A stretch of 64,000 nt of DNA from contig NC_043000.1 in the NCBI RefSeq assembly GCF_006345805.1, forward strand, positions 186,001 through 250,000, written 5' to 3'. This stretch comes from Octopus sinensis (lineage: Eukaryota). The first letter of the stretch is position 1; each line of letters opens with the position of its first letter. Below the pieces are notes generated by a model that was not told where the DNA came from, made no database searches, and saw nothing but the letters and a program-made list of their open reading frames with translations. This document shows positions 54,792 through 64,000 of this stretch, piece after piece. The translations under genes and the position numbers were made by a program.

Positions 54792-55117
54792 TGAAGGCGC
54801 CTGGCTTAGTGGTTAGGACATTCGGCTCACGATTGTAAGGACGTGAGTTCGATTCCCGGCGACGCGTTGTGTCCTTGAGCAACACACTTTATTTCACGTT
54901 GCTCCAGTCCACTCAGCTGGCAAAAATGATTTGTACCTGTGTTTCAAAAGGCCAGCCTTGTCACACTCTGTATCACACTGAATCTCCCTGAGAACTACGT
55001 TAGGGGTACACGTGTCTGTGGATTGCTCAGTCACTAACACGTTAATTTCACGAGCAAGCTGTTCCGTTGAACGTATCATCTGGGACCCTCGTCGTCGTAA
55101 CCGACGGAGTGCTCCTA
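54792..55117 (+). mobile_element. SINE-E head with SINE-D tail
   Basis: 12 bp TSD tacttctcattg at 54780-54791 and 55118-55129. Confidence 0.85.
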
Positions 55118-56412
55118 TACTTCTCATTGCTTTGTTTCTTAGAGTGCATCTCGAAGGTCGTAAGAACTTAGTCGTTAAAGAGTTATCTGAAGTTGTGACG
55201 CAGGGTGGCGGACCAGATTATCATAAAACACTTTCGGGTTTTCTCTGATTCCGATTATGACCTACGGGGAGCTGAATCGATCAACCAAAAGACCTTAACT
55301 TTGAAGGCCACGAGCTGGCAGAAACGTTAGCACGCCGGGCGAAATGCTTAGCGGTATTTCGTCTGCCGCTACGTTCTGAGTTCAAATTCTGCCGAGGTCG
55401 ACTTTGCCTTTCATTCTTTCGGGGTCCATAAATTAAGCACCAGTTACGCACTGGGTTCTATGTAATCGAATTAACCCCTTTGTCTGTCCTTGTTTGTACC
55501 CTCTATGTTTAGCCCCTTGTGAGCAATAAAGAAATAAGAAGCCTTAACTTTACTAAATCTCACCCTTTTGCAGGAATCCATATTTGAACTGGCAGAGAGA
55601 GGAGTTTACTCTTCAGTCTTCCTTCATGAAGGTGACACGAGAAATTGCATCCAATACCCTACGTAAAATGGTTGGTGGCAGGAAGAGCATCCAGCCATAA
55701 AGAGAACACATCAAGAGATCATGCATTCCGCAAACCACATCGTAAATTATTCATCTATGATGGCTATAATATTACGGAGATGTACTTGCATAGCAAGTGA
55801 CCTGATCTGAGATCGTATGCTGGAACGAAAGCAATTGCAGCGTGGTGGATGTTTATAAGCCATATGGCTTATAAACACCTTCCATGCGGCTATAATATTG
55901 TATAACAATTAATATAAGGTTGACGGGAGTCTTTTGTCATCCTACGCAGAGCAGCCTCTTTAGTGCCAATTGTACGATAAATGGCGCCCAGCCCGCAATT
56001 TAAGATATACACGACAACAAAGCCAGTTTTGTTGTTGTTGTGATGGTGGTGGTGGTGGTGGTGGTGGTGGTAGTGGTGGTGGTGATAAGGATTATGATAA
56101 TTATGATGATGCTATATATGAGAGTGCATGTCAGCGTGTATGTGTGTGTGTAGGTGTGTGTGTGCGTGTGTGTGTACGTGTATGCGTGTGCGTGTGTGTG
56201 TACGTGTGTGTGAGTGCGTGTGTGTGTACGTGTGTGTGTGCGTGTGTGTGAGTGCGTGTGTACGTACGTGTGTACGTGTGCGTGTGTGTGTACGTATGTG
56301 TGTGTGTGTGTACGTGTGTGTGTGCGTGTGTGTGTGAGTGTTACATGCGTGTGTGTGTATGTGTGCGTATGTATGAGTACATGAACGTGTGTGAGTGCGT
56401 ATGTGTCCGTGG

Positions 56413-56452
<40 letters not shown>

Positions 56453-57293
56453 ATGCATAGTTGTTTGTGCGTGTGCGCGTGTATGTATATGTGTCTTGCA
56501 TTACATATATTTCTTAAAGTAGATATTTACCACGCGGATTCCTTTGGGGGAAACATTAATGTATAGTCATGTAAGTTACTGCATACATCCTGTCGAAATA
56601 TTTCTTTTACTGTATTTTTTAATACAGTTTGTTTATTTATCTGTAAGGAAATGGGTTTTTATTCGCCAAACTGAAACCATAAAGCTGTGATACATTAAGA
56701 ATTTTATTGACACATGTCGAGAAACAAAAATGTTTGTTAGCCACAGGAAACCACTCTCTTACTTTACTGAACACACATACAGCAATCACCATTATTGGTT
56801 GTTTAATTTAATTCAAACTATCACAGTTTCCTAATTATTTGGAAATCAACTCGTTATAACAGGACGCAACGTATCGTGAAATATTACTCAATTTACATCA
56901 TTATTAGTATTGTAATTAAAGTGGCGGAAGTTAAGCCGAAGTTAAGAAAGCGGCAAGCTTTCAGCTTGTCTAAGTACCATTGGTACGCATGCACATCCCA
57001 GACAGCATTCAGCTAAAAGCCAGCCAGTTGATTAGCAAAACATTCAACGACAAACTACAACCACTGATTCAGAAAACTGCTGCTGTGTATATATTTGCCA
57101 TTTATACTCCTTTTACATTGGTTCTTAATCCCCAACCCATCTAGCAATCTGTAGCACCGCCTCCTGATACTCTCCTTCTAGGAGTGTATCTCTGTTGTAT
57201 CTCTCACGATCCGAGCCTGATACGTAATACTGTTTTACCTATCTGTATAGTTCTGTAATATTCACCTTCATTAACCACCTTCTTCTGAATATA

Positions 57294-57544
57294 AGTAAAA
57301 TAAATAAATGCGCCCTTGTAAAGCCTAGCCAGGCTCATGGGCCCGTTTCCCGGTTTCTATGGCGTATGTGTTCCCCAGTCAGTCCATCGCAGCGTTACTC
57401 AATTTTGCCAGCTGAGTGGACTGGAGCAACGTGAAATGAAGTGTTTTGCTCAAGAACACAACGCGTCGCCCGGTCCAGGAATCGAAACCACAATTTTACG
57501 ATCATGATGCTGACACCCTAACCACTAAGCCACGCGCCTCCACA
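57294..57544 (-). mobile_element. SINE-E, tail type Z
   Basis: 14 bp TSD ttcttctgaatata at 57280-57293 and 57545-57558. Confidence 0.85.
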
Positions 57545-57611
57545 TTCTTCTGAATATATGCGAATTAAAAAAAATTTTATTGTCTTTTTTTTCTTTTTTG
57601 GATTTAGTTTG

Positions 57612-59132
57612 CAAGACTATTGAAAAGGCTGCAAGGCGCAACGAAAAGTTTAGGAATGTAAAAATAAGAACAAAGTGGAAATTTTACCGGTGAGTGTGTT
57701 TACATCATAAGGCACAAAAAGAAAATTACTCTACCCTGACACAACAGAATATTGTCTTTTTTTTTCTGAAATCACTTTGTTTGTGCACTTTGTCATACTC
57801 TGGAAAATTCTTGAATAGCACAGAATAAACATTTGTGTTTAAATTGCCTGTACAACCTAAGGTTTTTAAACACAAGCTAATGTAATCAATATTTCAGAAT
57901 TAAAACCGCGATGATTCATAGAAGTGATAGAACATACCAATTTAGATCGCGTAAAATATTTAGTTTCGTCTAGCAACTTCTAAATTCAGATACAAACGGA
58001 CAATAATTTCCTTTTATTTAAAACGAGAAAAGGGAAAGTAAAAGTATTTGTTTCATTGATTTGAGTTTATTAAATTACTAGCAGTACCGCCCAGCATTGC
58101 TCGGGTATTGTTTCGACCCTTTAGAATTGGAATTTTTGAAAAGTAAAAATTTTTCATTATGTAACTCGTTATTCTCTTTAAGTGAACATTTTTCTGGCTA
58201 AAATACACCGAAAAATGGTAACACAACAGTCAAATAATCGTAAAAGAATTGGGATTTTCATAGAAAAAAAGCACCTTTTTGATGTAAATAATTTTTGGTC
58301 TTAACATAGTCTGATTTGGATTTTATCTGCTACGGAATGATGAGCAAGCCTTCTTCTATCATACTCTCAATTTTGGTCAACTTGTGTCGTAGGGTCTCGG
58401 AGGAGATGGTATTAGTTGAAGGCTGCCAAACCTGCCACACACAGACAACTTCAGCTTTATATACATAGATTGCAATCTACAATGATATCTGTGTATTGAT
58501 GCAGAATTGTTGCATTTCGCTTAGTTTCACATCATACTCTCTGTTCGGTAGAACTAAGTTTTGTTATCGCCTTTGTAATATTTAGTTGCTTAAGCAATTA
58601 ATTTAATATCTAGTCAATTTAGGGAGCATGTAGCTTAAATTAAGATATCTATTGCATCATAAATTGAAGTTCAATTGAGTATTATGACGTTGTAGCAAGC
58701 AAGGAAGCCTCTGGCATTAATCTACGCGATGGGGTTCACTTGAAATAAAATTTCGTTGGCTGTGACAAATATTCAAGCAATTAGTTATTCAAAAATTTGG
58801 TGTCAGCAATACAATCCGGAATTGCATCGCTGCAATTGATACAATACAAGGTAGAATTGAGGAAGACTTCCCGGGGGAAACTAATGACTGGAATATTGAT
58901 ATTTTTGTGTTTAAATGAAACTTTTCAGGCAACAGAAAGTTTATCTCAAATACTTGCAGTCAATTAAGAATTAGGATAAATATTACTCAAGAATTCTGTT
59001 GTGTCAGGGGGGAGAGTCATTTTCTTTTTGTGCCTTATAATTTAACACACTCACCGGTAAAATTTCCACTTATTTCTTATTTTTATTTTCCTAAAATTTT
59101 CGTTGCGTCTTGAAACCTTTTCAATAGTCTTG
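57612..59132. mobile_element. Element bounded by ~140 bp inverted repeats carrying hammerhead-like motifs (PLE pLTR-like)
   Basis: 57612-57750 is approximately the reverse complement of 58993-59132. Confidence 0.7.
58076..58470 (+). mobile_element. Non-autonomous Helitron/Helentron-like element
   Basis: 5' tactagcagt..cgcccagcattgctcggg (a similar end occurs at ~40878) and 3' ctttatatacatagat. Confidence 0.5.
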
Positions 59133-59193
59133 ACTCTGTCCGTTATTTACACTGCGATCTTTTTTGTTTGTTTGTGCACATGTGTGTAGGTCA

Positions 59194-59228
<35 letters not shown>

Positions 59229-59933
59229 TGCGTGTGTGTGTATGTGTGTGTGCGTGCGCGTGCGTGTGTGTGTGTGCCTATGCATGCATGCATGTATGTA
59301 TGTATGTATGCATGTATGTATGTATGTATGTATGTATGCGTGTATGTATGCATGTGTGTGTATGTATACGTGTGTGTGTGTATGGATATGTATATATGTA
59401 TGTTTGTGTATGCATCTGTATGTATTCTGCATATTCATGTGCTTCCATGTCCGTGTCTGTGTATTTTCTATGTATGTACGTTTGTGCGAGTGTGTTTATA
59501 TATATATATATGCACCTCTGTCTCTTTGTGTGTACATGTTTTAATACACACACACATACAAACATACATACATACATACACACATACATGCATACATACG
59601 TACATACTTACATACGTACGTACATACATACATACATACATACATACATACTCCTATAGGCGCAGGAGTGGCTGTGTGGTAAGTAGCTTGCTTACCAACC
59701 ACATGGTTCCGGGTTCAGTCCCACTGCGTGGCACCTCCGGCAAGTGTCTTCTACTATAGCCTCGAGCCGACCAAAGCCTTGTGAGTGGATTTGGTAGACG
59801 GAAACTGAAAGAAGCCCGTCGTATATATGTATATATATGTGTTTGTATTTGTGTGTGTGTGTTTGTCCCTCGAACATCGCTTGACAACCGATGCTGGTGT
59901 GTTTATGTCCCCGTAAACTAGCGGTTCGGCATT

Positions 59934-60056
59934 ATCAGCTGAAAAATTGGCAATAAAGCTTAGTTCAAACCATACAACTGTTCATCGTCACTTTCAACAA
60001 CTTGGAAAGGTTACTAAACTTGGAAAATGGGTGCCTCATGAATTGTCCAAAAGCAA
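59934..60056 (+). pseudogene. Mariner transposase fragment
   Basis: LAIKLSSNHTTVHRHFQQLGKVTKLGKWVPHELS (WVPHEL motif). Confidence 0.75.
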
Positions 60057-60231
60057 TGGTATTGATCTTTCCACTCTGGTTACATAGACCCAGCTCGCCG
60101 CCTTAATATGTATATATGTGTATGTATGTATGTATATATGTTTGCATATATATACATATATATATAGAGAGAGGGGGAGAGGGAGAGAGAGAGAGAAAGA
60201 GAGACAGATTAGGTAGGTAGGTAGATAGATC

Positions 60232-60270
<39 letters not shown>

Positions 60271-60279
60271 GGATAGATG

Positions 60280-60331
<52 letters not shown>

Positions 60332-60775
60332 CGTAAATGCATGCATACATACAAATAGACGCACACACACACACACGTCATCCAAATACTCATTCAGACC
60401 ACACATACGCACACGTACACGCGCGCGCACACACTCACTCACACATAAAAAAAAAGCCACATCTGTAACCTGGCAGCTTGTCTGCTCCTTCGTCATGAAG
60501 ATACGAGTTATGACGTCGTCGTCGTCTTCAACGACGTTTCTCTTTACTATTGACGTTCTTGCTGTTCCTGCTTCGTTTGTGTAATCGCCGTAAGCTGTTG
60601 AAATTTTTTCTCGGCTTTTAATTCAGGCTTATTTTGCCGTCTTTCTATATTTTGTTTTATGCTATTTCAGGCCTTTTACTCGATTTCGTCAAGTTGCATG
60701 ACGTAAGCTTTCACAGTTCATTGGATTTGTGTATCCTAAATCTTATGCGGACATGACTAAACAAAATGTACAGTT

Positions 60776-60875
60776 NNNNNNNNNNNNNNNNNNNNNNNNN
60801 NNNNNNNNNNNNNNNNNNNNNNNNNNNNNNNNNNNNNNNNNNNNNNNNNNNNNNNNNNNNNNNNNNNNNNNNNNN
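60776..60875. other. Assembly gap (100 N)
   Basis: Run of N. Confidence 1.
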
Positions 60876-60921
60876 CACACACACACACACACACTTAGAC
60901 ACACACATCTGTCTATCTCTA

Positions 60922-61738
60922 TACGTGGTCTGATCAATAAGTATCCGGATTGTTGACGAACATAGTAACAACGATAAACCACGCAGAGTTAAGCCGTTTG
61001 GCATAGATTAACCTTGAACTCAGCTGTGCATGCCCACTACCGCTGTTTATAGCAGTGCTTGGAAGGAAGGTGTGTAGCGTATTATCGTCGCATTGACCAT
61101 GACAGAGAAAGTCGAGCAGAGAATCTGCATCAAATTTTGCCAAAAGCTTAGTGATACATGCTGAGAGGCCTGCGCAAACTTTTCAAAAAGTTCTCATCAT
61201 TCTCGACACAATCAAGGAGATCTTGTGCAACTGAAACCCGAGTGTCCTATTGGTCAGCTGAAAGCAATTTTCGCAGAAAATTGGCATTCACGCGTCTCAT
61301 ACCCAAATTGTCAGTGATAATCGACTGAACTGAACCGTAACTAATCCGCACATCCTCTGATAACTCACGGATGGTGATTCGACGATTTTCTCTCACGGCT
61401 GCATGCACATCTGCGGTGTTTTTCTCAGTTCTGCTGGTTGCGGGTCTTCCAGAAGTTTCGTCAATATCGACATTTTTTCAGACAACTTGGAAACGTCTGA
61501 ACCACTCGTACACTTGTGTGTGGCTCATACACTCCTCTCCACACAATTTCTTCGACTTTGTGTAGGCTTCTGAGCAGGTGTCGCCATGACAACTTCCTTT
61601 GTCATGGTCAGTGCGACGATCACACGCTACACACCTAATTTCCAAGCACTGCTGTAAATAGCGGAAGTGAACAAGAATGTTAAAATTTAGCGTCCTTACT
61701 GAAGCAACAGTTCGCATACTTGCTGATCAGGCCTCGTA
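60922..61738. mobile_element. Composite of two mariner left ends in inverted orientation
   Basis: TIRs at both ends. Plus strand reads MTEKVEQRICIKFCQKL from 61099; minus strand reads VYEWFRRF...RENRRITIRELS...NFLKS from ~61600 to ~61175. Confidence 0.75.
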
Positions 61739-61837
61739 TATACATGTGTGTGTATGTGCATGTGTGCATGTGTGCATGTACGCACACAGGGTTTTTCTCT
61801 CTATCTATCTATCTATCTATCTATCTACATATATATA

Positions 61838-61900
<63 letters not shown>

Positions 61901-63324
61901 AAGGGTGAAAAGGAACACACGAGTTGATATATATGAAAAAACAAGTCAAAATAGAAAATGCTAAAATAATTTTATAAAGAACATTTCAGTACCGGTTCGG
62001 GTCATTTTGAGACCTTTTCAACTGTAACGATTAAATAATTAAATTTAGAAAAATTAGAAGAAAAGTTTTTTTAAAGGAATATTTGTATAGTAGTGTTCAA
62101 ATATAAGTGGCATTCTGCCTTTCTCTGACTCCCTTGTTTGCACTTGTGTGTTCGAGGTCGTTGTGAATTCTTGGTAGGGTAGAAGAAGAAGAAGGCTGAA
62201 GAGGAGAGGGGGTGGAAAAATTTGGGAGTGCATTATTAGCTTTCTTAATGAGGATATCGAGGGAAGTAATAGAAACAGACATATATTATAAGCCTACAGA
62301 CTCTAAGCAATATCTTCCATTCAATTCATGCCACCCCAGGACACACCAGGATGAATATCCCTTCAATCTAGCAAAAATGATATCACTATAGTCTCTAATG
62401 CAAACACGAGAGACACACGACTACAGAACTAAAAGATATCCTTATCACCAGGAACTATCCACCTTCACTTATTGACAAGTGCATTCAACGTGCCCTTCAA
62501 ATTAAACATCAAGGAACTGAGACATCCCAAATCAAAGAAAAACTTACCACCAAAAGCCTTACCATACATCTCACACACAACCCTCTCAATAACGAAGCCT
62601 TCGGCACCATCCTCCACAACATACCCCTCCTAAAAAAAGACCACAAAATGAACACAATCCTCAAACACACACGATCATAAAAGCAAGAGACAGCCTAAAT
62701 CCATGAAAAGTCTCCTAACACAAGCTCGAATTCACTCTTCAACACAGAAGCCGACAGTAAAAAAATGTGGAAGACCCAATTGCGGGATATGCGACTATCT
62801 AATTGAGGGATCAGAGTTCTCCTTCAAACAGGGATAACGGTTTACAGTGAAAAGAAACTTCACATGTGCTTCGGAGAACCTAATATACTCACTAACCTGC
62901 TCCGAGTGTCAAGAGCAGTACGTAGGCCAAACAAAAATAGTTATATTTGCGTAAAAGAATGGCCTGCACAGATCCCAGATAAAATTCCCCAAAACAGAAA
63001 AATAGCTTTCAGCCAACACATAGATACTTGCGCCAACAACAAAACACCAGGCTTCAGGATTTCCCCCTCTACCAATTTAGGGACGATACAACCTCGAGAC
63101 AACGAATAAGTAAAGAAACTCTCTTTATTACAAAATACAGGCCACTTCTTAACGGGTCTACGACAAACGATTATATCCCTAACTTTAGAATAAAGAAATA
63201 CACAACAAATATTACATTCCAAAGAATCCATACTAATCAGCCCCAATCACAGCTATAATCCATAACATGCCAACTTCAAGTCATACAACACCTCACTACT
63301 TTCACCCATTCATATTCTCCCTTC

Positions 63325-63540
63325 TCTGTTTCTTCTTCTTCCTCTTCTTCTTCATCATCATCATTATCATCATCATCGTCATCATCATCACCACCATCAT
63401 CATCATCTTCTTCTTCTTCTTCTCCTTCTCCTTCTTTTCTTCATCATCATCATCATCATCAACATCGTCATTCTTCTTCTTCTTCTTCTTTTCTTCTTCT
63501 TCTTCTTCTTCTTCTTCTTCTTTTCTTCTTCTTCTTCTGC
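63325..63540. repeat. (TTC)/(TCA) trinucleotide tract inside the PLE 3' region
   Basis: Direct reading of the sequence. Confidence 0.9.
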
Positions 63541-63890
63541 TCCACCTCTACCTCTTAACTTTATCACTAATGCTTTTTAGTAAAACACCTACGCAATTCC
63601 ATAAACAAATATCTCAATAGAAATATTCTCCTGAATAGAACTGCAACTGCTAGCCGTCACTGACCATTCAAAATACAACAATCAAGGCACTCCCAAATTT
63701 TCCACCCCCCTCTCCTCTTCAGCCTTCTTCTTCTTATAACCCTACCAGGAATTCACAACGACCTCGAACACACAAGTGCAAACAAGGGAGTCAGAGAAAG
63801 GCAGAATGCCACTTATATTTGAAACACTACTATAGAAATATTGCTTTAAAAAAACTTTTCTTCTAATTTTTCTAAATTTAATTATTTAAT

Positions 63891-63937
63891 CGTTACAGTT
63901 GAAAAGGTCTCAAATGACCGAAACCGGTACTGAAATG
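63891..63937 (+). ncRNA. Minimal hammerhead motif with U3-A8 core in the PLE pLTR
   Basis: cguuacag UUGAAAA gguc-ucaaau-gacc GAAA ccg GUA cugaaaug; stem III palindrome ACCGGU, stem I 7 of 8 bp. Confidence 0.7.
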
Positions 63938-64000
63938 TTCTTTATAAAATTATTTTAGCATTTTCTATTTTGACTTGTTTTTTCATATATATATATATAT

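Larger units (their letters stand above)
61927..63990 (+). mobile_element. 5'-truncated Penelope-like element (RT C-terminus + Cys-rich linker + GIY-YIG) with inverted pLTRs
   Basis: IETDIYYKPTDSKQYLPFNSCHP (62269-), CGRPNCGIC (62766-), NLIYSLTCSECQEQYVGQT (62877-), KETLFITKYRPLLN (-63154), with stops and frameshifts. 61927-62231 is the reverse complement of 63687-63990. Confidence 0.9.

Noticed and set aside
62835-62837. In-frame stop in the PLE as possible selenocysteine recoding
   Set aside because: The codon is TAA, not TGA, and the ORF has further frameshifts.

Overview
Eukaryotic, AT-rich, repeat-dominated DNA with the look of an intron or intergenic region. The SINE families and microsatellite load resemble a coleoid cephalopod (octopus) genome; this is recognition, not a database result. 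No complete host gene is supported. One candidate signal-peptide exon lies at 22752-22828. The window holds five recurring tRNA-derived SINE families (called A-E here), some as tandem multimers. It also holds a near-complete CR1-type LINE ORF2 with two frameshifts (14560-17716, minus), CR1 and RTE 3' fragments, a Penelope-like element (PLE) with GIY-YIG domain and inverted pseudo-LTRs (61927-63990), several mariner/Tc1 remnants and MITEs, and a Helitron-like element. A dispersed 5S rRNA copy, a tRNA-Asp copy and a 1.8 kb (CATA)n array are also present. The most unusual signal is a set of minimal hammerhead-ribozyme (HHR) motifs. Three sequence-unrelated repeats carry a compensatory U3-A8 core (UUGANAA) instead of C3-G8, and a fourth HHR sits inside a tRNA-headed SINE. 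These motifs associate with repeated inverted-end (fold-back) structures. All folds were read by eye; none was computed or tested.
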